64,000 nt of DNA, taken from positions 128,001 to 192,000 of the forward strand of contig JBIJDH010000013.1 of assembly GCA_044344255.1 (NCBI GenBank), in the 5' to 3' direction. This document shows, one piece after another, positions 51,422 to 62,300 of this stretch; within the stretch, counting starts at the first letter, position 1; each line of letters starts with the position of its first letter. The notes beneath the pieces are model-generated. The model was not told the DNA's origin, searched no databases, and saw nothing but the letters and a program-made list of their open reading frames with translations. A program made the position numbers and the translations under genes. The DNA comes from Myxococcota bacterium. Lineage in GTDB: Bacteria > Myxococcota_A > UBA796 > UBA2385.

Positions 51422-52195
51422 TCAGGAGCGGGACGCCTTCGCCTCGATCTCGGACAGGCGCTCGCGCACGACCCGGCTGGCCAGGTCAGGGAGCTGCTCC
51501 CTCACCGCCTCCTCCACCGCCGCGCTCACGAGCGCGCGGAAGGCCGCCGAGCCGCCGAGGGCCGAGCGCAGCACCCCCTCGACGACCTCCGGGAGCACCT
51601 CGAGGATGGCGCGCTCCATCGCCGGGCCGACGATCTCGGGATCGACGCTCACCAAGGGCGCGCTCCGGTAATCCCGCGGCAGGATGGTGGCGATCCGCTC
51701 CTCGCCCGTCGGCGGACCGCGCCGGTGAAAGGACCTCGGCTGTGACGGATCCTCGATGGGCATCAGGAGGTCGGGCGGCAGGTGCGGCACGATGACCGGC
51801 AGCTCGGCCGGCTCGATGCTGGCGGGCGGGAAGGGGCCGACCACACGCTCCATCTGCTGTCGCAGCGCCGCCGCCGAGAAGGGCTTGGCGATGTGTCCGC
51901 TCACCCCCGCCTCTTGGGCCCGCGTCGCGTTGTAGACCTCGAAGCCGCCCGTCATCAGCAGGATGGGGGCGTCGGGGTGGCGATCCCGCAGGTGGCGGGC
52001 GAGCTCATAGCCGTTCCCCCGCGGCAGAGAGGCCGAGGCCAACACACAGACGAGCTCCAGATCGTGGACGCGGGCCTCGACCTCCGCCGGCTCACGGGCC
52101 ACCACGAGCCGGAAGGCAGAGCCCTCCAACGCCTCCTCCACACGACGGATGGTCGCGGGGTTGGGGTCGACGACGAGGACTACAGGGCTGGACAT
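51422..52195 (-). CDS. romR: RomR-like polarity response regulator (atypical receiver)
   Basis: Receiver domain with LLMTGGFEVYN...AKPF, Pro-rich linker, and C-terminal ERAILEVLPEVVE / EQLPDLASRVVRERL resembling the RomR C-terminal motif. Start may be 52201 or 52219. Confidence 0.65.
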   Translation of the reverse strand: MSSPVVLVVDPNPATIRRVEEALEGSAFRLVVAREPAEVEARVHDLELVCVLASASLPRGNGYELARHLRDRHPDAPILLMTGGFEVYNATRAQEAGVSGHIAKPFSAAALRQQMERVVGPFPPASIEPAELPVIVPHLPPDLLMPIEDPSQPRSFHRRGPPTGEERIATILPRDYRSAPLVSVDPEIVGPAMERAILEVLPEVVEGVLRSALGGSAAFRALVSAAVEEAVREQLPDLASRVVRERLSEIEAKASRS

Positions 52196-52235
52196 CGGCA
52201 TCCCAGGCAGGTGGGCCATCCTAGCACGGCGCGCT

Positions 52236-53180
52236 TCAATCCTGCACGACCGCGACGGCCACCGATCGGATCATCGTGGTCGCCTTGAGCCCGCCCTCCC
52301 CCTCTGCGGCAGCGCTGCGCTGGAAGGCGACGTAGAGGTTGTTCCGCTCGACCTCCAGCTCGGGGTCGAGGAGGTCCCAGACCGCGGAGTCGAGGGTGAA
52401 GCTGTCCCCCGCCGAGGCGTCGCAGGTGATGGCCTCCCAGGCCTCCCCCTCGCGCTCGCGGCGGATCTGCACCCAGACGGAGTCCCACTCATGGGCCTCC
52501 CAGCTGGCCGTGATCTCGTCGCCCCACTCGATGGTCGAGCCGCCCGTCTCCTCGTGGAAGGTCAGGCCGTCGAAGGAGACGTCGGGGACGGGCATCGGCG
52601 CGGGTGTCTGGATGCCCGTCAGATCGCCGGCCTCAACCAGCGTCGTGCCGCTGCCGAGCAGGGAGTCCACCTCCTGACAGGAGTGGACGTTGCTGAACAC
52701 ATCATCCTTGTAGAAGCCTGTTCCCACCGCCTCGAGCTCGCCGGTCGCGAGGTCGGTCTCCCAGCGGACCTGGTCATCGAGGCCAGGGATGTCCGCGGCC
52801 CCCTCGCCGGCCCCGCTCGGGAACATGTCGAGGTTGGCGGAGCAGCCGCCTGAGCTTGGGGGGGTCAGCTTGGCGAGGGCGTTGGGCGCGTACTCGAGCG
52901 TGACCGTCTCGGCGAAGACACCCTGGTACACGCTGCCAGAGACGGAGTCCTCACACTCCCAGGTGTAGAGGTCGGTGATGAGCCGCGCGTCGCGGTCGTT
53001 CTCGGAGTCTTCATCGCCGAGCGAGCCCTTGCCCGAGCCGCAGCCCATGATGAGCCCGAGGCCGAGCACGGCGAGCCACGGAGGAGCGCTGCCCCCTGCC
53101 GGCCGACCGGGGAGCAGGGTGGCGGAGGGCGCGAGGCCCCGACAACCGAGACCGAACCGCAGAAGTGCCGAAGACAACAT
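52236..53180 (-). CDS. Uncharacterised acidic lipoprotein
   Basis: GGAGG RBS; long N-region then hydrophobic LAVLGLGLIMGC lipobox; ITCDASAGDSFTL motif. Confidence 0.65.
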   Translation of the reverse strand: MLSSALLRFGLGCRGLAPSATLLPGRPAGGSAPPWLAVLGLGLIMGCGSGKGSLGDEDSENDRDARLITDLYTWECEDSVSGSVYQGVFAETVTLEYAPNALAKLTPPSSGGCSANLDMFPSGAGEGAADIPGLDDQVRWETDLATGELEAVGTGFYKDDVFSNVHSCQEVDSLLGSGTTLVEAGDLTGIQTPAPMPVPDVSFDGLTFHEETGGSTIEWGDEITASWEAHEWDSVWVQIRREREGEAWEAITCDASAGDSFTLDSAVWDLLDPELEVERNNLYVAFQRSAAAEGEGGLKATTMIRSVAVAVVQD

Positions 53181-53312
53181 TGATTCCTCCACAGATAGAG
53201 CATACGCGACCGACGACGGGCCTGACCCGCCCGCCGTCAAGGATTTGCCAACCGCCTCTGGCCCTGGTCAGGCACGAGCCTACAGGCTACAGCCCCCCCC
53301 GGCCGTGCCAGT

Positions 53313-53398
53313 GGGGGCGTGGCGGAATGGTAGACGCGTTCGACTCAAAATCGAATGGCCGGAAGGTCTTGCGAGTTCAAGTCTCGCCGCCCCCACCA
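53313..53398 (+). tRNA. tRNA-Leu (CAA)
   Basis: GGGGGCG/CGCCCCC acceptor stem, D-loop GGAATGGTAGAC, anticodon arm TTCGA-CTCAAAA-TCGAA, long variable arm, GTTCAAGTC, ACCA. Confidence 0.96.
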
Positions 53399-53422
53399 GC
53401 TCTCACCTGCTCTCACCTGCTC
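53399..53422 (+). repeat. 10-bp tandem repeat GCTCTCACCT, about 2.4 copies, immediately after tRNA-Leu
   Basis: GCTCTCACCT-GCTCTCACCT-GCTC read directly. Confidence 0.7.
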
Positions 53423-53470
53423 ATCGGCCCCGTGGCTGCTCGTCGGCACGGTGGCCCGTCCGAGCAGCGG

Positions 53471-54115
53471 TCAGGCGGCTCGGCGCCGGAGCTCGGCCAG
53501 CGCCTCGATGGCCGCCGCGCACTCTGCCTCGTTCTTGGTGCGCCCACGGCCGACGCCCATCTCCTCGCCGTTGACATGGACCTCCATCTCCCAGGTGCGC
53601 TCGTTGTCCGGGCCGGTGGCGCTCCGCACCGCGTACGTGGGCACGGGCCAGCCCAGTCGCTGGGCCATGTGCTGGAGGTCGGTCTTCGGGTGGGAGGTCT
53701 GCTCCGCGGCCGGTAACAGGGGCAGGAAGAGCTGGTTGACCAGCTCCTGGGTGGCCTCGAGGCCCTCGCGCTCGAAGATGGTGGCCAGGACCGCCTCGAA
53801 GGCCCCCGCGAGCACCTTCTCCTTGTTGCGGCCGCCCTGCAGCTCCTCGCCGTTGCCGAGGCGGACGTGCGGGCCGAGGCCCAGCTCGGCGCCGATGCGC
53901 GCCAGCACCTTGTTGTTGACGAGGTAACGACGGAGCTCGGAGAGGCGGTCTTCCCGGAGGGCCCGGCGCTCCTCGAAGAGGAGGCGGGACACACAGAGCT
54001 GGAGCACCGCATCCCCGAAGAACTCGAGCCGCTCGTTGTTCTGGCCGCCCCGCTCGAGCGTCCAGGTGCTGTGAGTGAGCGCCATCGTGTACGCGGGCAA
54101 GGACCAGTCACGCAT
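53471..54115 (-). CDS. rnc: Ribonuclease III
   Basis: ALTHS, NERLEFFGDAVL, and a dsRBD (HPKTDLQ...GPDNER...GRGRTKNEAE). Confidence 0.92.
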   Translation of the reverse strand: MRDWSLPAYTMALTHSTWTLERGGQNNERLEFFGDAVLQLCVSRLLFEERRALREDRLSELRRYLVNNKVLARIGAELGLGPHVRLGNGEELQGGRNKEKVLAGAFEAVLATIFEREGLEATQELVNQLFLPLLPAAEQTSHPKTDLQHMAQRLGWPVPTYAVRSATGPDNERTWEMEVHVNGEEMGVGRGRTKNEAECAAAIEALAELRRRAA

Positions 54116-55268
54116 TGGGGGCTCCAGGCTCGGTCAGACCCGGCGGGCGGCTCGAGGCCGACCCGCCGAGCGACTCGGCAGATGAGAGTGCTTCGACCGA
54201 GTGGATCCACCCGCCGCCCAGGACCTCGTCCCCGGAGTAGATCACCACCGCCTGCCCGCGGGTGGCGGCGCGCGCGGGGGCGAGGAAGCGGAGGTCGACC
54301 ACCGCCCCCTCCGAGCCCGCCTCGAGCTCCACTTCGACGGGCAGCAGGGCCCCGCGGTGCCGTAGGCGGGCGAGCACGGGCTCACCCGCGGCCGGCAGCC
54401 GGTGCCAGGTGAAGCCCTTGGCCCGAAGGCCTTGATGGCGGAGGCGCTCCTCCCCACCGACCACGACCCGGCGGCTCTCCGGCTCGACCCGCAGCACATA
54501 GAGCGGCGCCGCCGCAGCCACGCCGAGGCCCCGCCGCTGCCCGACGGTGTATCGAAAGTAGCCGTCGTGGCGGCCGAGCACTCGGCCCTGCTCATCGACG
54601 ATGTCGCCGGCGGCCTGGAGGTCGGGGCGCTGCTCCTTCACGAAGCGAGTGTGGTCATCATCCGGGATAAAGCAGGTCTCCTGCGACTCCGGCTTGTTCG
54701 CCACCGTGAGGCCGAGGCGGGCCGCGTGGGCCCGCACCTCCGTCTTCGTGAGGCCGCCGAGCGGGAAGAGGGTGGACAGCAAGGCCGACCGCTGGACCGG
54801 GAAGAGGAAGTAGCTCTGGTCCTTGTCGAGGTCTCGCGCGGTGAGGAGCCCGCCGCTCGGTGAGATGCGAGCGTAATGACCCGTGGCGAGGTGGGAGGCG
54901 CCCAGCGCCCGAGCTCGCTGCAGCAGGACCTGAAACTTGAGCACCCCATTACATTGCACGCAGGGGTTGGGCGTCGCACCGGAGACCCAGGACTCCGTGA
55001 AAGAGTCGATCACCGCTCGCTTAAATGCCTCCCGCAGGTCCATCACGTAGAAGGGGATGCCGAGGGTGTCGGCGACCCTCCGGGCGTCCCAGGAGTCGTC
55101 CAGGCCGCAGCAGTGCTTGCCGTCACCCGCGGCGAGTGCGGCGGAGGGATGCTCGGGCTGGTCGTGCAGCTTCATGTGCACGCCCACCACCTCGTGCCCC
55201 TGCTCCACCAGGAGGCCGGCGACGACCGAAGAGTCCACTCCCCCGCTCATGGCGGCTACGACGCGCAC
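54108..55268 (-). CDS. mnmA: tRNA-specific 2-thiouridylase MnmA
   Basis: AMSGGVDSS, TPNPCVQCN, ATGHYA, KDQSYFL, ESQETCF, YTVGQRRGL. Confidence 0.96.
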   Translation of the reverse strand: MRVVAAMSGGVDSSVVAGLLVEQGHEVVGVHMKLHDQPEHPSAALAAGDGKHCCGLDDSWDARRVADTLGIPFYVMDLREAFKRAVIDSFTESWVSGATPNPCVQCNGVLKFQVLLQRARALGASHLATGHYARISPSGGLLTARDLDKDQSYFLFPVQRSALLSTLFPLGGLTKTEVRAHAARLGLTVANKPESQETCFIPDDDHTRFVKEQRPDLQAAGDIVDEQGRVLGRHDGYFRYTVGQRRGLGVAAAAPLYVLRVEPESRRVVVGGEERLRHQGLRAKGFTWHRLPAAGEPVLARLRHRGALLPVEVELEAGSEGAVVDLRFLAPARAATRGQAVVIYSGDEVLGGGWIHSVEALSSAESLGGSASSRPPGLTEPGAPNA

Positions 55269-56380
55269 GGAGACCCCGCTTGCCCTCCCTCGCCCGGCGC
55301 GCTGTCGCCACGGATCTGCCGCAGCACGCGGCCGAGGGCCGAGAGGGCCAATCCCACATCGTTACCCGGTCCGAGAGAGAAGCGCACCGGGACGCCAGAG
55401 AGGCCCATCGCCCGCAGGGCCGGGCTGGCCTCGGCGGCCCCCGATGCGCATGCGGCGCCGGTGGAGGTCTGGACACCCTCGAGATCGAGCGCCATCACGA
55501 TGAGATCGCCGGGCTCGGGGAAGAGGAGCAGGCTGGTGTTGGGGAGGCGAGGCGCGCCCGCCCCCACCACCCGCGCGCCGTGGAGACGCGCGAGCGCCTC
55601 GATGCGGTCTCGATCATCGGCGAGGCACCGCTCAAGCCCCGCCGCCGCGACGCCCATCCCGACGATCCCCGGGACGTTTAAGGTCCCGCCGCGACGACCG
55701 CGCTCTTGGGAGCCGCCGCGCAGGAGGGGACGGAGGCCGAGCGCGGAGACGAGCAGCCCGACGCCCTTCGGTCCGCCGAACTTGTGCGCCGAGAGCGTGA
55801 GGAGCTCCGGCTCCACCGGGATGGCAACGCGCCCCGGCGCCTGGGTGGCGTCGCAGTGGAGCGGGACCCCGTGAGCACGGCAGAGGCGGGAGATCTCGGC
55901 GATCGGCTGGATGACGCCGGACTCGTTGCTGGCCGCCATCACGCTCACGAGGGAGAAGCGCCGCGGGCCGCCGAGGAGACGGTCGAGGGCGTCGAGGCGC
56001 ACCACCCCATCGGCGTCGACCGGGATCTGGTGGTCCGACCAAGCGAGCACGGAGGGGTGCTCCACCGCCGAGACCAGGAGGGTCCCCTCCCCCGCCGCGG
56101 CGTGGAGGGCCAGCGCGTTGGCCTCGGTCGCGCCGCTCGTGAACACCAGGGCCCGAGGGTCCCGCCCCACCAGCGCCGCGACCTGCTGGCGTGCTCGGTC
56201 CACGGCCATCGCCGCCTCCCGGCCCGCCCGGTGCGGAGAGCTCGGGTTTGCCCACCAGCGCGCCTCGGCCTCCCGCACGGCCGCCTGCACCTCCAGGCGC
56301 ATCGGGCTGGTGGCGTTGTGGTCGAAGTAGGCGGCCGCGCCCGCCTCCGCCGGGAGGCGAGCGCGGGCTCCCCCGCTCAG
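55256..56380 (-). CDS. iscS: Cysteine desulfurase (IscS/NifS family)
   Basis: YFDHNATSP, ANPSSPH, FTSGATEAN, DATQ, LSAHKFGGPKG, STGAACASG. Start set at the CTG overlapping the upstream TGA because the conserved N-terminus lies upstream of the first ATG (56302). Confidence 0.88.
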   Translation of the reverse strand: MSGGARARLPAEAGAAAYFDHNATSPMRLEVQAAVREAEARWWANPSSPHRAGREAAMAVDRARQQVAALVGRDPRALVFTSGATEANALALHAAAGEGTLLVSAVEHPSVLAWSDHQIPVDADGVVRLDALDRLLGGPRRFSLVSVMAASNESGVIQPIAEISRLCRAHGVPLHCDATQAPGRVAIPVEPELLTLSAHKFGGPKGVGLLVSALGLRPLLRGGSQERGRRGGTLNVPGIVGMGVAAAGLERCLADDRDRIEALARLHGARVVGAGAPRLPNTSLLLFPEPGDLIVMALDLEGVQTSTGAACASGAAEASPALRAMGLSGVPVRFSLGPGNDVGLALSALGRVLRQIRGDSAPGEGGQAGSPCAS

Positions 56381-59300
56381 AGGCGTGCCTGCAGACGCTC
56401 CTTGAGGGTCGCCATCATCTGGGCCACCGCGGGCGTCTCCACCGTGCCGAGGCTGTCGGCCAGCGTCGGGTCAGCCGCCAGGGCGGCGCGGAAGGCGCGG
56501 GCCCCCGAGACCTCGTCATTGCAGGCCTTCCAGGCGATGGCCTTCACGAGGTGCAGCCCTGCGAGGTAACCGCGGTCACCCACCGCGAGCGCGAGCCCCC
56601 GATCGACGAGCGTGGCCGCCTCCGGCCAGTCCGCCTTGCGCAGGTGAAGCTCGGCGAGGCGCAGCAAGGCCACCGGCTGGGCGGGATCGAAGGCGAGGCT
56701 CTTCTCGTAGTGCTGGGCCGCCTTGTCGGCGAGGTTCATCTTCGCGTCCAGCACGTAGCCCTTGGTGAGGTAGGCATCGACGACCTCGGTGGGCTCCTGC
56801 GCGTGGTAGATGATGTTGTTGTACACGTTGAGCAGGTTGTTCCAGTCATTTCGTGCGAACATCACCGCAGCCACGCCCTGGAGGGCCCGGACGTCGTTCT
56901 GACGCAGCTCCAGCGCCTTGGTGAAGCGCTGGCGGGCCTTGTCGAGGTTGCCGAGGTTGAGCTCCACCGTGCCGAGGTTGGTGTAGGTTCGCGCGAGGCG
57001 CTCGGAGTCCCCCTGTCCGCCGGTGAGCTGGAGCATTTGCCGGAAGACCTGCGCCGCGCGGTCCCACTGCTCGGTGGCCATGTAGAGCGGGCCCACCGCC
57101 TCCAAGGAGGGCAGGTGGTTCGGGTTCAGCTCGAGGGCCTGCCCGAAGCGCTGCACGGCGTCCTCCTTCCGACCGAGCTGGACCAGCACCTCGGCGAAGC
57201 GGAAGTAGTAGAGCGCCACTTCGATCTTGACGTCGAAGTCGTCGAGGTCGCGAGCTTTCTCGGAGGGCTCCATCCGCGCGAAGATGTCGGCCGCCCCCGC
57301 GAGGTCGCCCGCCTGGAACAGGAAGTCGCCCCGGAAGCGGAGGGCTTCGCCATTGTCGGGGTCGAGCTCGAGCACGGAGGCGAACAGCGCCGCCGCGCCG
57401 TCTCGATCGTGGAGGGTCTCCATCCGGACCTGCGCGGCCCGGAGGAGCAGGGCCACGGCGGCCTCGCCCTCCGAGGCGTCGGCCTGCCGGATCAGAGCCT
57501 CCACCACTTGATCCCACGCCCCGCGGGCAGCGTGGATGCGCTCGAGGAGCTGTGCGGCGTACAGATCTGGGCGCCGGTGACGGATGGCGGCGTCGAGGAA
57601 GCGCAAGGCCTCTTCTTCCCGGTTCAGCTCATTCAGGTAGACCGCGCCGAGCTCAGACTCGAGTGACCGCCGCTCATCGAGTGGCAGCAGCGGCAACAGC
57701 CGGACCGCATGCTCCGCGAAGACGTCCCAGTCCGCGTGGCTGCGTCCCAGCACGACGAGTCGGCGGAGCGCGGTCGGATCGTCGGCGACGAGATCGAGCA
57801 CCTTCCGCCAAGCGTCGGTCGCGACCGCGGGGTCCTGGAGGTTCTCCTCCCAGATCCGAGCGATCTCCCGGTACCGGACCACCTGCTCGGAGTGGGCGAC
57901 CACCGCGGCTTCGCGGGTGAGCACGCCGACGAGGGCCTGCCAGTCGTTGGCCGCAGAGGCCAGCGTGCGGAGACCGGCGAGGGCCTCCATGTCTTCGGGG
58001 AGGAGATCGAGGGCGCGGAGATAGGCCTGACGGGCCGCCTCCGCGTCTCCCACTCGCTCCCACGCCTCTGCCACCCGCCGCTGGAAGCGGGCGCGATCGA
58101 CCGGGCTGGCCACGGCGGCGCTGAGCCCGTCCAGGTACTGGATGGCGAGCTGGGTGTCGCCGCGGGCCGCGGCGATGCGGGACAGGGCCTCGAGCACCTC
58201 GACGTCCTTCGGGTTCTCGTCATGGAGCTGACGATAGAAGTCCCAGGCCTCATCGGTCTCGGCCAGCTTCTCGGCCAACACCCAGCGGCGCTTGGCCTCG
58301 ATCTTCTTTCGCTCTTCGGCGTGATGGGTGAGCTGGAGGCGCTCACCGAGGAGGGTGAACACGCCGTGCCAGTCGTTGAGCTCGACGAGGTTCGCCTCCA
58401 AACGGCTCACCAAGACGAGCCGGCTGGCCTCGTCGGTCTCCGTCTCCAGGCAGCCGCGGTAGACCTCGGCCGCCCGCGCGGCGAGGCCCGCCTCTTCGTA
58501 CGAAGAGGCCACCAGCAGCGGATCGAGACCGGTCACGCTGCCGAAGAGGAGGGCCAGCTTCTCAGCCGACGGCTCTTGCATGGCGAGGCGTCGGAGCCCT
58601 TCGAAGGCCTTGCCGGCGCCGGGCCGCCCCGCCTGGGCGAGCTGGTAATGCAGCTCTGCCTGCTCACGGTCTTCGGCGGCCTCGAACAGGTGGCCGGCGA
58701 GCAGGGCGTGGACGACGCGGATCGCAGCGTCGGGGACCTCGGCGGCCAACACGGCGTGGACCTCGGCGAGGCCCTCCCGGCTGCCGGAGCGCCCGAGCGC
58801 CCGCTCGAGGCCGGCGGCCGCGATGTTGTCTCGTGGGGAGGCGTCGAGGGCGGCCCGCCAGGCGGTGAGCGCCACGGCGGGGTCCTCGACGTAGGTCTCG
58901 ATGAGGCGGGCGACCTCCCCCTTGAGGTCGGGGCCCTGCGCCGCTTCAAGGGCACGGCGCGCGTCCTCCCAGTAGTTGAGGCTCTCGGCCACCCGCGCGA
59001 GGGCGCCGAGCGGGCGGTTGGGGGCGTCTGCGCCCACCACCTCGGAGATGGCGTGAACGGTGGCCACGCCGTCGGCGAGATCACCCGCCAGATCCGCGAC
59101 ACGCGCGGCGACCCGAGCGCGGGTGGCGTCCTCCGCCTCGGCGCCGAGGCGCTGTCGGTAGACCTCGATGATCTGGTGCCGATCCCCGCGGCGGAGCAAG
59201 CGCTGCATCAGGAAGGCCTGGGCCCCCACATGTTCGGGAGCCTCGGCCAGGATCGACTCCGCCAGGGCGGTGGAGTCCAGCTCGGCCACCCGCTCGGCGG

Positions 59301-62300
59301 TCTCGGCGGCGGCGAGCAGACGCCAATGACGGCGGGCCGGCTCCTCCGCGGCGTCGGCCTCGAGGCGATGCAGCTCCACCACCTCCGACCAGCTCCCCAT
59401 GCGGATCGCCAGCTCACGGGTGAGTGCGAGGGCGGGCAGAAAGCCAGGCGAGAGCTCCAGACAGCGACGGAGCAGCGCCATCGCCTGGAAGTTGTCCCCC
59501 ACCTTGTCGACCAGGATGCGGGCCGAACGGTAGGTGTAGCTCACCACCTCGTTGGCATCGCGGGAGACCTCGGCGGCCCGGCGGAGGATGCCGGCGAGGC
59601 CAGCCCAGTCGCCCTTCCCCTCGAGGATGCGCGCGAGGGCGTCAAGGCTCGGCTGGAAGTCAGCCTGATGCTCGAGCGCGCGCAGGTAAAAGTCAGCGGC
59701 GCGCTCCACGTCGTGCAAGCGCAGGTCGTAGACAGAGCCTGCGCGGTGGAGCTGAAGGGCCGTGCCGCTGGGATCCTCGGTGAGGATGGCGCGCTGCTCG
59801 TAGACCGCCGCCACCTGGGGCCAGGCGCCGAGGCGCATGTAAACACGCTCGAGACCCTCGAGGGCGGGGAGGTAGCCGGGGGCCGTGTCGAGGATCCGCT
59901 CGAACCACCCGCGCGCGCCCTCCTGGTCGGCGAGGGGGCCCTCACAGAGCTCTCCCATCCGGTAGAGGGTCGTGACGACGAGGTTCGGATCGGTGAGCGC
60001 GGGGAGCAGCTCTGCGTAGAAGGCCACAAGCTCGGCGAACCGGCCGGAGGCGCCGTAGATGCGAGAGACCGCCTCCACCGCGGGACCGACGCTCGCGTCG
60101 AGCGCGACCACCCGGCGCCAGGTCTCCAGGGCGGCGGCGGGGTCGCGCAGGACCTCCTCCTGCAGGCGGGCGAGCCGCCAGCCGACCACGACGGCGGGCG
60201 CGCCAGTGGCGTGATCCAGCTCCTGGGCGAGGGCCAACGCGAGCTCGGCGACGCGGCCATTGACCGCGAGCCAATTCTGGTGCTCGGCGCGGAGCTCTCG
60301 GGCCTCGGGGCCGGCGGCCTCGACCGCGACCGCCCACAGGGCCGCGACCTCGTCCGGGGCTTGCCCCGAGAAGGCCGCCACGCGGGCGCCGCGGGCCAGC
60401 CAGAAGGCGCCGTCTGGGCCCCCTACCCGTGCGGCCTCTTCCTGGTAGAGCTGCACGAGGCTCGCATGATCGCCGCGGGCACGGGCGAGGCGCTCCAGGG
60501 CGAGGAAGGCCGGGGCAAAGGCCGGATCGGCAGCGCGGGCCGTGAGGTAGCAGGCGTGGGCGTCGTCGGGGCGCCCGAGCTCGACCTCCAGGAGGCGGCC
60601 GCGCTCCACGAGGAGGCGAGAAGCGCGAGGACCGGAGGCCAGCTCTGCCATTCGGCCGAGCACCTGGGCCAGGGCCTCCCAGCTCCGGCTCCGGAAGTGC
60701 AGCTCACGCAGGAGGCGGAGCGCGAACCAGTCATCGGGGCTCACGCGGAGGGAGCGCTCGAGCAGCTCCACCGCAGCGCTGTCCTGCTTGAGGGTGTTTC
60801 GCTCGACGAGCGCGGCATCGTTGAGGGCCTCGGCGGCCACTACACCCTCGGTTCGATCAGCACGCCGGACGAGGAGGTCGCGCAGGCGCCGGTAATCGCC
60901 GAGGCTGGCGACAACGTCGCCGTACTCTTGAAGCACGGTGGGGAGATCGGCGCCGCCCTCGACGGCGGCGGCGAAGAGGCGCTCGGACTCCTCCCAGCGG
61001 CCGAGGCGCTCGAAGTAGACCCGCCCCGCGGCGGCCAGCAGCGCGGCGTGGCGCTCCGAGAACGAGGCAATGTCGGCCTCGTGCTCAAGGGAGATCGCAA
61101 CCTCCAGCCAACGCTCTGCACTGTCGCGAGAGGGCGTGTACCGCTCGCGAGGGGCCGGCGCCGCGCTCGACTCAGCCGGCGGCGCGACCGGCGGCGGCAA
61201 GGCGACCCCGCCGTTGGACCGCAGTCCGGGCGCGTCATCGAGGGAAGAAACCTCGGGTCGCGCCTCTTCCATCGTCGGGGCATCGAGCAGGGCCGACACA
61301 GGCGACTCACCGGTCTCGGCGGTGTCGATCCGGCCGTCCTGCCCGACGTCGAAGCCCGCCGGATCGGCGCCGTCGCGGACGTGGACCGGGCCGGCCTCGG
61401 AGTGAGGGTCTACGAAGTCATCGGCCGTCGCGGCCTCGATGACCTCCTCACTTTGGTCCAGCGAACTGTGGTCTGGCGAACCGTGATCCAGCGAACCGTG
61501 ATCCAGCGAACTGTGATCCGGCGAACTGTGGTCCAAATCACGAAGATCGTCGCGGAAGGTGGAGATGCTCGCCGGCTCGGGCAGGGGCTCGAGGGCTCCC
61601 ACCAGCGAGGGGTAGCTCTCGAAGCTGGTGCTGGGGTCCAACTTGCCGATGTCCCCCTTCGGCGCCCACTGGGCGTCCACGCGAACCGCCGGAGGTTCGG
61701 GATCCAACGAGGGCGCGGGGACCTCCTCGGTGACCGGCGGCATGCGCGTGGTGACAGGCTCGTCGGCGGCGAAGATCGGATCGTCGTCGAAGAGGCTCTC
61801 TTCGAAGATCGCCACCTCCGCCCGCCCAGCAGCCGGGCCGCCCGGCGCCCCCAAGCCCGCGGCGGATGGAGCCCCAGGCTCGGCCTCCACGGGGACCACC
61901 GGCTCACTGTCGTCCTCATCGACCGGGATCTGTCCGATCGACAGGATGACCGTGGGGGCGCTGAAGAGCTTGGAGTCCTGGAACCGAGGCTTCGCCGCAG
62001 GGACCACCGGGATGGGCTCCAGCGCGGCGGCCGGCTGCGCGACCTTCACGGCCTCGATCTTCACCGGACGCGTGGGCTCCGGCTTGATGTAGTTTGGCCC
62101 GAAGTCGGGCACCGTAGGCGCCGAGAAGAACGAGGGCACGCCCGGGAGCGGAGCCGTGATGTCGGACCCGCTCGTGACCGGGGCCGCCGGGAGCGGCGGG
62201 CCGACGGGCGGCAAGGCGACGGGAGCAACAGCGGGCGTCGCGACCTTGACAGGCTCGACATTCTTGTCAGCCGGCTTCTGGGCCGCGGCCGCCTTCGGCT

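Noticed and set aside
53313..53470. tRNA-Leu as an integration site for a genomic island
   Set aside because: No integrase was found and no duplicated tRNA 3' end was seen in the window; rnc follows directly.
61456..61535. Possible CRISPR array
   Set aside because: The 15-bp units are contiguous with no spacers, are in frame within a CDS, and no cas genes are present.
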